Below are positions 17,748-26,747 of a stretch of 64,000 nucleotides of DNA, piece after piece. A model generated the notes under the pieces. The model saw only the letters and a list, made by a program, of their open reading frames with translations. It was not told where the DNA came from and did not search any database. Each line of letters opens with the position of its first letter. The first letter of the stretch is position 1. The position numbers and the translations under genes are program-made. The stretch spans positions 98,141-162,140 of the forward strand of contig CAYPKD010000002.1 in the NCBI GenBank assembly GCA_964411255.1, written 5' to 3'. Source of the stretch: an uncultured Gammaproteobacteria bacterium. Its GTDB lineage: Bacteria; Patescibacteriota; Patescibacteriia; UBA11705; DATKZF01.

Positions 17748-19862
17748 ATGCCAAAGACGCAGAAAAAGAGCAGAAAAAGCAAAGCAGATTTTTACCCAAC
17801 CTGGCAGGAAGCAGGTGCAGCAGCACAGAAATTAGGTATACGTACTTTGGGCGAGTATAATATTCGTTATCATGAAGATCCTCGTTTGCCATCAAACGCT
17901 TATGAGGTTTACGGTGAAGATTTCCCTGGAATGAAGGTTTTTCTGGGTGAAGCTTATAAGCCAAGAAATCGGAGTGTGAAAAGGCACTTTTACCGAACGT
18001 GGAAAGAAGCAGCGCAAGGAGCTGCTAATTTGGGCATTATGTCCAGAAGGCATTATAGCGGTAAATACCGTGATGATCCTTGGCTGCCTTCTCAGCCACA
18101 TCGCCAGTATAAGGATTTCCCTGGCTGGGATGAGTTCATGAGAACTGTCCAGCAGATTCGGGAAGAAAATGCCAAGAAAGAGGGTAAGATTGTCAAAAAG
18201 GATTATTATCCCACTTGCAAGCAGGCAAGTGACGCTGCCCAAAAGCTTGGCATCATGTCGCTTCGCGAATATCAAAGGCGTTATAAAGAAGATCCTCGTT
18301 TGCCTTCAACTCCTTCTGTCAAGTACAAAAATTTCCCAGGCTGGATTATTTTTCTTGGCAAAGACAAGGATGTCGCAGAAGAAAAATCGAAGAAGGATAA
18401 GCCTAAGCAGGATACGCCTAAGCTTGATAAACCCAAACTGGACAAGCCTAAGCAGGATAAGATCAAGAGGCGTAAAAATTATTTGACCTGGCAAGAAGCT
18501 GCAAAAGCAGTTGCTAAGCTGAATATCACCAGTATGCCAGAATACCAGAAACGCTGGAAAGAAGATCCTCGTCTGCCTGGCAATTTGTATGGCAGTTATA
18601 AGGACTTTCCTGGTACTGAAAAGTTCTTTGGCTTTGCAGCTTCTATCAAAGAGGCAGAATCAGAGCCAGAGGAAAATATGGCTGAGCCTGAAGAGGTAGA
18701 GGCTGCAACGTATTCAACTTGGCAGGCTGCTGCAGAAGCAGCAGCTGAGCTGGATATTATGACTCGTGAAGAGTACATAAAGGCTCATAGTGAAGATCCA
18801 AAATTGCCTGCTGACCCTGAAGCAGATTATGAGGATTTTCCTGGCTGGGACACTTTCTGTCAGTCTGCTGAAAAAGCCAGTACTGCGCAAAAGTCTGCTC
18901 CAAAGAAAAAGGGAAAGAAAAAGATCTACCAATCTTGGAAAGCTGCCAGTAGAGCCTGCCGAAGACTTGGCATCACCACTCGAGCTGAATATTTGAAAAG
19001 GTATAAAGAAAATCCCATGCTGCCTTCTCATCCTGAGAGAAGTTATAGGGATTGGCCAGGCTGGTCTGCTTTTTTCAATGGCGAGAGAGAAAGCAGGCCC
19101 AGGTTCCCGCCCAGAAGGAAATTCTATCCGACCTGGCAGGAAGCTCGAGAAGCTTGTCGTCGGCTGGATATTAGGGAACGCAAAGAATATGTAATTAGGT
19201 ACAGAGAAGATGAATTTCTTAACTCCAAACCTGAGCGATATTACGAGGATTTTCCTGGCTGGGATATCTTTCTTGCTCCAGTAGGAAAAGATCCGGCTGA
19301 AAAGGCTGCTAAGCCTACAAAGGCAAAGAAGCCTGAAAAGGCCGTATCGAAAAAGGCAACACCGAAAAAGGCTAAGCCCAAGGCAGTTGAGCCAGCTGAT
19401 CAGCCTGAAAAGGTTGAGGCAGAGCCTGGTGAAAAAGCAAAGAGCAAATTGGATTGGTTTGAGACTCTGGCTGAACCCTTGGCTGCAATAGAAGACTGGG
19501 ATGGTCAGCTGCTAACTTTACCGCCAAATTGGGTTTTTGTCTATTCAGGGGTTTTCAAGGCCGTTTCTGATGTAATGCTTGATGAACTGCTGTTGCAAAA
19601 TGCACGTTTGCAGATCATCATGAGCATGCACAAGGTATTTGGCCTGAATTTCTGTGAGGCAAATATCAGAAAAATCAAGGATGATTATCGACTTGATATT
19701 TCCTTTGCCAATATCTCAGGCAAAGGTGTTAATACCAATTTGGTACGCCCACTAGGCTATCCGTATTCAAGTATTCTGTTCACTGAAGTCATTCAGAAAG
19801 TGGCAGAAGAAGATTTTTCAGACTTTGTATTTTGGGAATGTTTGGTTTTCACCAAACGATAA
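17748..19862 (+). CDS. repeat protein paralogue (7 repeats, Pro/Lys-rich linkers, same C-terminal domain as the 13095 gene)
   Basis: the ORF track starts at a TTG at 17718; the ATG at 17748 follows an AGGAGG RBS; C-terminal ~150 aa align with the C-terminus of the 1475-aa protein; codon usage is visibly more GC-rich than neighbours. Confidence 0.8.
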   Translation: MPKTQKKSRKSKADFYPTWQEAGAAAQKLGIRTLGEYNIRYHEDPRLPSNAYEVYGEDFPGMKVFLGEAYKPRNRSVKRHFYRTWKEAAQGAANLGIMSRRHYSGKYRDDPWLPSQPHRQYKDFPGWDEFMRTVQQIREENAKKEGKIVKKDYYPTCKQASDAAQKLGIMSLREYQRRYKEDPRLPSTPSVKYKNFPGWIIFLGKDKDVAEEKSKKDKPKQDTPKLDKPKLDKPKQDKIKRRKNYLTWQEAAKAVAKLNITSMPEYQKRWKEDPRLPGNLYGSYKDFPGTEKFFGFAASIKEAESEPEENMAEPEEVEAATYSTWQAAAEAAAELDIMTREEYIKAHSEDPKLPADPEADYEDFPGWDTFCQSAEKASTAQKSAPKKKGKKKIYQSWKAASRACRRLGITTRAEYLKRYKENPMLPSHPERSYRDWPGWSAFFNGERESRPRFPPRRKFYPTWQEAREACRRLDIRERKEYVIRYREDEFLNSKPERYYEDFPGWDIFLAPVGKDPAEKAAKPTKAKKPEKAVSKKATPKKAKPKAVEPADQPEKVEAEPGEKAKSKLDWFETLAEPLAAIEDWDGQLLTLPPNWVFVYSGVFKAVSDVMLDELLLQNARLQIIMSMHKVFGLNFCEANIRKIKDDYRLDISFANISGKGVNTNLVRPLGYPYSSILFTEVIQKVAEEDFSDFVFWECLVFTKR

Positions 19863-19891
19863 GTCATGATTTAATTAATCGTGGCTTTTTT
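19863..19891 (+). terminator. intrinsic terminator after the 704-aa paralogue
   Basis: GTCATGATTTA-ATT-AATCGTGGC hairpin plus TTTTTTATTATTTG. Confidence 0.5.
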
Positions 19892-20056
19892 ATTATTTGT
19901 TACAAGATAATACCCTTCGACCTCTCGACCCCGCTCGAGGCAGGCAAGCTCAGGGCAGGCAAGATTGGAATATGATTATTTTATTTGCTGTGTATGCCCC
20001 GAATAAATGACCCGAATGAAATTACTACAGATATCCCGGATTACTGATCCTGATGC

Positions 20057-20085
20057 TTGACAATTTTATTAAAATATATTATTAT
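20057..20085 (+). promoter_or_regulatory. promoter of the mini repeat gene (TTGACA / TATTAT) with upstream CCCCGAAT / CCGAATG motifs at 19997-20018
   Basis: TTGACA 20057-62, 17-nt spacer, TATTAT 20080-85. Confidence 0.35.
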
Positions 20086-20125
20086 GATTTAACTCAATCA
20101 ACCCACCAGGACAAGGGAGGTAAAT

Positions 20126-20329
20126 ATGTCAAGAAATGGTGAAAATACGGATTGGAGCTGGCAAGAAGCCAGTGAAGCAGCTCAAAAGCTGGGCATTGAA
20201 ACCAGGGATGAATACAGAAGCCGAACACCGCATCATGGATTGCCAGATGATCCTGTTGCTGAATTTTCCAACTTTCCGCGAAAGTCAAATGGCGAACCTA
20301 ATTGGGAGTTATTTTTAGGAGTAAAATAA
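20126..20329 (+). CDS. 67-aa protein consisting of a single copy of the repeat module
   Basis: SWQEASEAAQKLGIETRDEY...LPDDPVAEFSNFP...WELFLG; GGGAGG RBS 8 nt upstream; own terminator. Confidence 0.6.
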   Translation: MSRNGENTDWSWQEASEAAQKLGIETRDEYRSRTPHHGLPDDPVAEFSNFPRKSNGEPNWELFLGVK

Positions 20330-20330
20330 A

Positions 20331-20359
20331 ATCCACTAGACAAAACTAGCGGATTTTTT
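20331..20359 (+). terminator. intrinsic terminator
   Basis: ATCCACTAG-ACAAAA-CTAGCGGAT hairpin plus TTTTTTATTTG. Confidence 0.55.
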
Positions 20360-20427
20360 ATTTGTTACGGATACCCCGAATGTTCTGACTTTTTATTCGA
20401 ATGACCTGAATATTATTAATTGTTAAT

Positions 20428-20456
20428 TTGACAAGAATGACGAAAACTGTTAAAGT
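20428..20456 (+). promoter_or_regulatory. promoter of the helicase gene with upstream CCCCGAATG at 20375
   Basis: TTGACA 20428-33, 17-nt spacer, TAAAGT. Confidence 0.3.
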
Positions 20457-20491
20457 TTGATATTGTTTCATTGACAATCAAGGAGCAAATC

Positions 20492-22294
20492 ATGTTTGAA
20501 CTATATGACTATCAGAAACGGCAATTAAAGGCAATTAATAAAGCATTTGAAACTACAATGCGAGCATTAATGGTAATGGCCAGCGGTTTGGGAAAAACTG
20601 TTGTTGCCGCATTTTGGGCAAAAGATCAGGTCCAAAATGGAAAAATGCTTTTCCTCTGCCATGAGAACGAAATTCTTGCTCAGGCATTGAGTATTTTTAG
20701 GCAAGTGCTAGGTGAAACTGTTTCGCTTGGCGTATTTACTGGCCAGCAAAAAGACTATGAAGAAGTTGATGTACTTTTTGCTTCTTTCCAGACAATGCGT
20801 GAATGGAAACAAGCCTTTTTCCCAAATGAGTTTGCCACTATCATTGTAGATGAATCTCATCATGGCCAAGCGCCGACCTACAAAGAGGTAATAGAATATT
20901 TTACTCCTCAAAAGCTTTTTGGCATGACAGCCACACCAGATCGAATGGATGAAAAAGACATTCGTGAGATTTTTGGTGATGAGGTTGTTAATCTATCGCT
21001 TGAAGAAGGCATTGCCAAAGGCTGGCTAACGCCAGTTGAATATTATGTAATGAATGATGGGCTGAATACCAAGGTTCTGCGAGAAATCGTTGATAGAGTA
21101 TTAAAAAAAGGTGAGCGTATTTCAATTAAACAACTCAATGAAACCATTTTTATTAAAGCTCGGGATGAAGAGATCGCTCGAATCATTCAGGGGCGTGGCA
21201 GAAAGACAATTATTTTCTGTGAGCGCATTGAGCATGCAGAAGAATTTGTTCAGCATTTGCCAAAAGCAGAGTGTTTTCACTCTTGTAAAAGTGCACATCA
21301 CAATGAACTTGTTTTGAAGGCTTTCCGAGATGGAACACTGCAATATATTTTAGCAGTTGATAAATTCAATGAAGGAATTGACATTCCTGATGCTGAAATG
21401 GTTGTGTTCCTGCGCTGTACAGACTCAAGAACTGTCTTTTTGCAGCAGTTGGGCAGGGGATTGCGAAAGATTGAGGGTAAGGATAATGTTGTAGTCCTTG
21501 ATTTTGTTGCTAACTGTGAACGGCTAAAAATAGTTAGAGATATGGCCGGAAGAGTAAAATCAATGGCTAACGGCCAGGCTTTGTGTGAAGATGTGCTAAA
21601 GGTTTCAGGCAAAGCATTTGATTTTCTATTCACTGATAAACAGCAGGATATTTTTACAATTCTTGAAACAATCAAGCCTCGATATATCTCAGATATCCCG
21701 CATCTTTTGGCTGAATATTCAGATAAAAACGAATTGCCGCCAGAGCAAGTGAGTGCCGGCACATCCAAAAATCTGTGGTGGAAATGTCAAAAAGTGAAAT
21801 GTGGATATGAATGGCAGGTTAGTGGGAATTGTAGAATATCTAAAGTGACAGGATGCCCCGCCTGTGCTAATCGTATTGCCACTTTAAACAATAGTTTGGC
21901 GGTAACTCATCCAGAATTAGCAGAAGAATATTCTGATAAAAATCAGTTCACTGTTGATGAGGTAGTTGCAGGCACAAGAAAAAAGTTGTGGTGGAAATGT
22001 AAAACATGCAATCATGAATGGCAGGCAGCAGGAGATAGAAGGGTTCACGGAACAGGCTGCCCAGTTTGCGCAATAAAAAGAACAATAGAAAAACGCAGAA
22101 AGAAATTTTTTCAGACTTGGCAGGAATCTAGTCGATTGGCAATATCCTTAGGAGTAAAAAATTGGCATGAGTATAGAAATATGTATAAAAAGGATCCAAG
22201 ATTGCCTTCTGTTCCACAAACATTTTATTTAAATTTTCCTAAAAAGCCAAACGGCCGTCCTGATTGGGATTTGTTTTTTGGGAGGAAAAAATAA
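20492..22294 (+). CDS. SF2 DExH-box helicase (ResIII / type-III restriction res-subunit-like N-terminus plus Helicase_C) fused to two zinc-ribbon modules and one C-terminal copy of the repeat module
   Basis: motifs GLGKT (I), DESHH (II), TATP (III), QQLGRGLR (VI); two repeats of LAEYSDKN...WWKC-K-C-GYEWQ...GCP-C (recalled as DUF4379-like zinc ribbon); final 60 aa TWQESSRLAISLGVKNWHEY...LPSVP...FLNFP...WDLFFG; ATG 20492 (RBS AAGGAG) preferred over the TTG at 20471. Confidence 0.85.
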   Translation: MFELYDYQKRQLKAINKAFETTMRALMVMASGLGKTVVAAFWAKDQVQNGKMLFLCHENEILAQALSIFRQVLGETVSLGVFTGQQKDYEEVDVLFASFQTMREWKQAFFPNEFATIIVDESHHGQAPTYKEVIEYFTPQKLFGMTATPDRMDEKDIREIFGDEVVNLSLEEGIAKGWLTPVEYYVMNDGLNTKVLREIVDRVLKKGERISIKQLNETIFIKARDEEIARIIQGRGRKTIIFCERIEHAEEFVQHLPKAECFHSCKSAHHNELVLKAFRDGTLQYILAVDKFNEGIDIPDAEMVVFLRCTDSRTVFLQQLGRGLRKIEGKDNVVVLDFVANCERLKIVRDMAGRVKSMANGQALCEDVLKVSGKAFDFLFTDKQQDIFTILETIKPRYISDIPHLLAEYSDKNELPPEQVSAGTSKNLWWKCQKVKCGYEWQVSGNCRISKVTGCPACANRIATLNNSLAVTHPELAEEYSDKNQFTVDEVVAGTRKKLWWKCKTCNHEWQAAGDRRVHGTGCPVCAIKRTIEKRRKKFFQTWQESSRLAISLGVKNWHEYRNMYKKDPRLPSVPQTFYLNFPKKPNGRPDWDLFFGRKK

Positions 22295-22367
22295 ATTCCC
22301 TTAGTAAAACTAAAGGGAATTTTTTTTAAATTTTATTGTTAATCAACCTACCAATCTACCAATCTCG

Positions 22368-24500
22368 TTATAAGTGTTTAAGATTAATTGAAATAATTTT
22401 TTGACCATCTATCAAATAAATCTTTCTATTTCCCTCATCCACTGCCATATCTGAAACAGACTGGGCATTTTCAATCTGATATTGGATTACCACCAGACCA
22501 TTTTTGCCATAAACAATAACTCTGTTTGTGTTTTTGTCTAAAACATAAATATAACTTGAATCAACATCAGTATATATCTTGCTTGCGCTTTCAATCTTTG
22601 GCTCAATGTTTTGAGCAGAAAAGCTCTGCTTATCTCCGCTAAGGAATTTTTGGATTGTACCATTTGAACTCAATACATAAATATCGCCATCAATGGCCAT
22701 TGAAGTGGCGCTGCTAAAATCTGCTGCGTCATTTACCCAGCTAGCTGGAGGACCATAAGAATTTGACCCAACATTTCTGAGTTTATAGATCTGATTATCA
22801 GCAGGTGATAAAAAGTAAAGATGAGTGTTGTATACGTAAAAATCAGTCCATGAGCCCTCTGAATCCAGACTTACTTTTTCAAATTGATCATTATCAGTAG
22901 AGTATTGATATAGACTATTATTTTCAAATAATATATATAAAGTTTGATCATCAAAAGCAAACTGGCTTAAAACATTTGCGTTTATATTAGTTTCCACTGT
23001 AGATAAAATTTGCGCTGAAGATAAATTAATGGAATTAAGATTGTTTTGATCAGATACGATTAGGATTTGATCGTTTAAAACCTGCAGCTTCATTGAATCC
23101 TGGTTTAGATTGGCTAAAGTAATAAGATCTTGCGCCTGAACTGATTCAAGCTTTAATAGTTTATTATTTAAAGCCTTGTATTGATTCTCAAGTTTTACAA
23201 TATTTTGATTTTCCTCTTCAGATTCTTTTGGTAGTTTTGAAATCAAATCTTTTACTTCAGCCATTAAATTTAAGCTTTTATCAGTATTTCTGAATAAGAA
23301 AGCAGCTTCAGCCTGATTTAATTTGGTTTCAATTGCTTTAATTGAGCTGTTATATGCTGCATCGTCTTTTTTTGTTTCCTGATTTTTATATATCCAGACT
23401 ATGCTTAAGGCAAAGACTATAACTAATGCAATTATTAAAATTATAATAATTTTTTTTGTTTTTGGAGCCATTGGCTTTTCTTTTTTTTCTGATTTTGATT
23501 CAGTAGTCACTTTTTTTCCTTTTGATATGCCAAGTTTATTGAGAATGCTTTTTATCAAACTTGGAGAGCTTCGTATTTCGTCAACAGCAATACCTTTTGG
23601 TTTTTTTTGTCTGCTAAATATAGATATGAACTTTTTTCCAATATTTTTAAATTTTTGTTTAATATTTATGCCAATTGCTGGGGTGAGAAATTTTTCAGTA
23701 TCCATTTGAGTATTGACCAGCGTATTGATTGATTGCTGGGATGCTTTTTCCTGTTCAATTAATTGAAGATCTTCTTGTTTTATAAAAATAGCAGAAAATG
23801 TTTTGGCATACCCTTGAGGTCTTTTTTGCAAAAGAATTTTAAAATCTTCGATAAGTTCTTTTACTGGTCTGTTTGAAGCTATTTGGTTTATTTTTTCAGC
23901 AGAAAAAAATCTGGCAAATCCTTCATTAGAGATGATTAATGCGTCAGGCAGAAAGATTTTACCAGAAATAATGCTGGCAAAAATTTTGACTTTATTTTCA
24001 GGAGAATTTTCAGATCCAGCTAAAATGTCAATTATTTTATAGTTTGATTTTTTAGTTTTATGGATTAAAAAACTTTGGATATTACCCCGATGGCTGAATA
24101 TTATATCAGATTCAATATTGCTTGGCTTTATCACAGCCACTAAAAAGTTAATATTTTCTAAAATTAGCTGAATTTGGCCATTTTGTATCAATTGGAGCAC
24201 TTTTTCATTGGTTTTTTGAAGCGCATGTTCAAAAACTGTCTCTAAATTCAATTTTTGCGGATCAGGAGAGGTAACGATTTGCCTGTAATAATGGTCTTTT
24301 AAGCTGGAAATTATGGTATTTGAGATTTTCTGTCCATGCTCAGTGGGGGTAGCATTAATTTCAATAATTCCTAAAACATGGCCGCCAAATTTTTCTTTGC
24401 CATCTGGGAAAATAATAAAATTTTCACAAAAATAATCATTTTGCACTTGATTTGAAGGAAGAAATATTTCTTCAATCCTTAGTGCTTTTTGTTTGTCCAT
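22368..24500 (-). CDS. hypothetical membrane protein: N-terminal cytoplasmic domain, one TM helix, coiled coil, C-terminal beta-propeller-like repeats
   Basis: 710-aa ORF; TM segment IIIILIIALVIVFALSIVWIY; Gln/Leu-rich heptads; C-terminal repeated IYVLD / IYLID-type strands. Confidence 0.65.
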   Translation of the reverse strand: MDKQKALRIEEIFLPSNQVQNDYFCENFIIFPDGKEKFGGHVLGIIEINATPTEHGQKISNTIISSLKDHYYRQIVTSPDPQKLNLETVFEHALQKTNEKVLQLIQNGQIQLILENINFLVAVIKPSNIESDIIFSHRGNIQSFLIHKTKKSNYKIIDILAGSENSPENKVKIFASIISGKIFLPDALIISNEGFARFFSAEKINQIASNRPVKELIEDFKILLQKRPQGYAKTFSAIFIKQEDLQLIEQEKASQQSINTLVNTQMDTEKFLTPAIGINIKQKFKNIGKKFISIFSRQKKPKGIAVDEIRSSPSLIKSILNKLGISKGKKVTTESKSEKKEKPMAPKTKKIIIILIIALVIVFALSIVWIYKNQETKKDDAAYNSSIKAIETKLNQAEAAFLFRNTDKSLNLMAEVKDLISKLPKESEEENQNIVKLENQYKALNNKLLKLESVQAQDLITLANLNQDSMKLQVLNDQILIVSDQNNLNSINLSSAQILSTVETNINANVLSQFAFDDQTLYILFENNSLYQYSTDNDQFEKVSLDSEGSWTDFYVYNTHLYFLSPADNQIYKLRNVGSNSYGPPASWVNDAADFSSATSMAIDGDIYVLSSNGTIQKFLSGDKQSFSAQNIEPKIESASKIYTDVDSSYIYVLDKNTNRVIVYGKNGLVVIQYQIENAQSVSDMAVDEGNRKIYLIDGQKIISINLKHL

Positions 24501-24647
24501 ATTAAGAATTGACGGGTGAATTGTACATGTATTATACTATAAGTAAGGTAAAAATGAAAGGAATTGGGAGTTAGCTTGTAGGACATTAGCTTGTAGTAAC
24601 CAAAAACTACCAGCTATTAGCTACCAGCTACAAGCTATAAGCTAATT

Positions 24648-25268
24648 ATGTTTGAACAACTTTTTGGGTCAAAGACCAGAGCAAAGCTGATAAAAACATT
24701 TTTGGAATATCCAGATCGGGCTTTTTACGTACGTGAATTGACCAGAGTTACTGGCTCAATGATAAATTCAGTCAGGCGTGAATTGAAAATTCTCGAAGAT
24801 TTGGATATTATTTACGTTGAAAAATCCTTGATTGAAAAAAATATTGTTCAGCATAATTTGCCTGAAGGCCTGAATACAAAGAAATTTTTTAAATTAAATC
24901 AGGAAAATGTTTTTCACAAGGAGTTAAGGACTATTTTTAAGAAAAATGATATAATAAATGAGAAGAATCTTGCAACCAACTTAGACGAAATAAATGGTGT
25001 ATATTTGGCTGTGCTGGTTGGTGTCTTTATAAAAAATGAAAGTTCACCTACAGATGTGCTAATTGTTGCTGAGTCTGGCCGAAATAATAGAATTTTACCA
25101 ATTGTAAAGACTTTGCAAGATGATATAAAAAAAGAAATGAGTTATACAATACTGCCTCCAGAAGAATATTTACTCAGAAAAGATATTAATGACAGGTTTT
25201 TGTATGCAATTATTAATGATCGAAAAAAAATTACATTACTAGATAAACTAAGTGAAATAACTAAATAG
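24648..25268 (+). CDS. winged-helix (wHTH) domain protein, possible transcriptional regulator
   Basis: N-terminal FLEYPDRAFYVRELTRVTGSMINSVRRELKILEDLDII resembles a wHTH; remainder unassigned. Confidence 0.5.
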   Translation: MFEQLFGSKTRAKLIKTFLEYPDRAFYVRELTRVTGSMINSVRRELKILEDLDIIYVEKSLIEKNIVQHNLPEGLNTKKFFKLNQENVFHKELRTIFKKNDIINEKNLATNLDEINGVYLAVLVGVFIKNESSPTDVLIVAESGRNNRILPIVKTLQDDIKKEMSYTILPPEEYLLRKDINDRFLYAIINDRKKITLLDKLSEITK

Positions 25269-25274
25269 AAAAAT

Positions 25275-26738
25275 ATGAAATTAAAAACACTTGCTGTATT
25301 GTTAATAGTTTTTGGAGCTGCCTTTGCTTTTGGAGTAAAAGCGCAGGCATTTGAACAAGATGAATTAGCAATAAAAATTTTTGATAAAAATCTCAATTTA
25401 ACAAAACAATTTAATTTTTTGCCTGAAGATTTTTTTGGAGATGTAGACATGACTTTGGGAGATATAACGGGAGATGGCCAAACTGAAATCATTGTAAGTT
25501 TAAGCGATAGGGAAAATGATTCAAAAGTTATTATTTATTCAGCAGACGGATTGATACTAAATGAATTCCACCCGTATGTGAAGGGATTTAAAGGCATGAT
25601 TTACATTACCAGTGCTGATTTAGATAATGATGGTGTAGCTGAAATTATCACTGGTGCCGGTTATATGGGTGGTCCACAGGTCAGAATTTTTGATCATTTA
25701 GGAGAAACAAAGTTTGTATCTGGCTTTTGGGCGGAAGACAAGGATAAGTACAGAAATGGCGTTCGGGTAGCAGCTGGAGATGTTAATGGCGATGGTCTAA
25801 AGGAAATAATAACTACCACGGTTGATAATAAAATGGATGTAAAGTTCTTTAATCGATTCGGACAGGAAACTTTAGAAAAAATTGAATTAAGTGAGGGCAG
25901 CTTTTTTGAGCCAGGAAAAATTATTTCTATTGATCTTGGCGTTGATGGAATAAATGAACTGGTTGTAAATTACGGATATGGCAATAGTCCTAAATTAATG
26001 ATATTACGCGCAGATGGATCAGAAATAACTTCATTTGACGCTTATCACCCAGGTTTTGGCGGCGGAGTAGACATGGCCAGCTATAAAGAAGGGGATAGAC
26101 AAATATTTGTCACTGGAGCAGGATATAGTGGCGGTCCGCATGTTCGATTTTTAGACCAGGAAGGAAATAATGTTAGTGATCCAACTTTCTTTGTCTACCC
26201 AGATGATTATAAGGGCGGAGTGAATGTTGCAGCATTGGATTTGGACAACAATAAGGAAATTGAATATGTGGTTGCTCCAAAGGTTATTGTTGATCAGGAT
26301 GAAAATTTTTGGCCAAAGCACATTGAAGTTGATATTTCAAAGCAGAAATTATACGTATATGAATATAACAGATTGATTCGTGAGTTTTGGGTGTCTACTG
26401 GAAAATGGAGCCATCCAACACCTTTGGGTAAATTTAAAGTGTACAGAAAGAGAAGAAGCGTGCATATGAGATGGTCATATGGGCCAAACCATCCAGATAA
26501 TTATGATTTGCCAGGAGTGCCCTATGTATTGTCATTTGTCGGTGCGTACACAATTCACGGCACGTATTGGCATAGTAATTTTGGCCATCGGATGAGTCAC
26601 GGCTGCGTAAACATGTATACCCCTGATTCTCAATGGGTTTATAATTGGGCGCCAATGGGAACGCCGGTTATAGTTCATAATGGAAATATTGATGCTATTT
26701 TGGGAAGAGATAAGACTGAGGAAGACAAGGAGGAATAA
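25275..26738 (+). CDS. secreted FG-GAP/VCBS-repeat protein with C-terminal L,D-transpeptidase (YkuD) catalytic domain
   Basis: signal peptide; repeated DxDxDG-like DLDNDGVAEI / DVNGDGLKEI; C-terminal HGT...SHGCVNM (YkuD His/Cys catalytic motif). Confidence 0.8.
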   Translation: MKLKTLAVLLIVFGAAFAFGVKAQAFEQDELAIKIFDKNLNLTKQFNFLPEDFFGDVDMTLGDITGDGQTEIIVSLSDRENDSKVIIYSADGLILNEFHPYVKGFKGMIYITSADLDNDGVAEIITGAGYMGGPQVRIFDHLGETKFVSGFWAEDKDKYRNGVRVAAGDVNGDGLKEIITTTVDNKMDVKFFNRFGQETLEKIELSEGSFFEPGKIISIDLGVDGINELVVNYGYGNSPKLMILRADGSEITSFDAYHPGFGGGVDMASYKEGDRQIFVTGAGYSGGPHVRFLDQEGNNVSDPTFFVYPDDYKGGVNVAALDLDNNKEIEYVVAPKVIVDQDENFWPKHIEVDISKQKLYVYEYNRLIREFWVSTGKWSHPTPLGKFKVYRKRRSVHMRWSYGPNHPDNYDLPGVPYVLSFVGAYTIHGTYWHSNFGHRMSHGCVNMYTPDSQWVYNWAPMGTPVIVHNGNIDAILGRDKTEEDKEE

Positions 26739-26747
26739 TTTGAAAGT

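Noticed and set aside
20136-20318. Alternative-frame ORF overlapping the mini repeat gene, and minus-strand ORF 20094..20288
   Set aside because: Only the 20126 frame encodes the recognisable repeat module and has an RBS
20708-21768. Minus-strand ORFs inside the helicase gene (20708..20911, 21122..21343, 21298..21768)
   Set aside because: Antisense to a gene with all SF2 helicase motifs in order; spurious
22368-24500. PP2C/SpoIIE-like phosphatase call for the N-terminal domain of the 710-aa membrane protein
   Set aside because: Only a vague GG-H resemblance; I cannot place the metal-binding Asp motifs, so it is left as hypothetical
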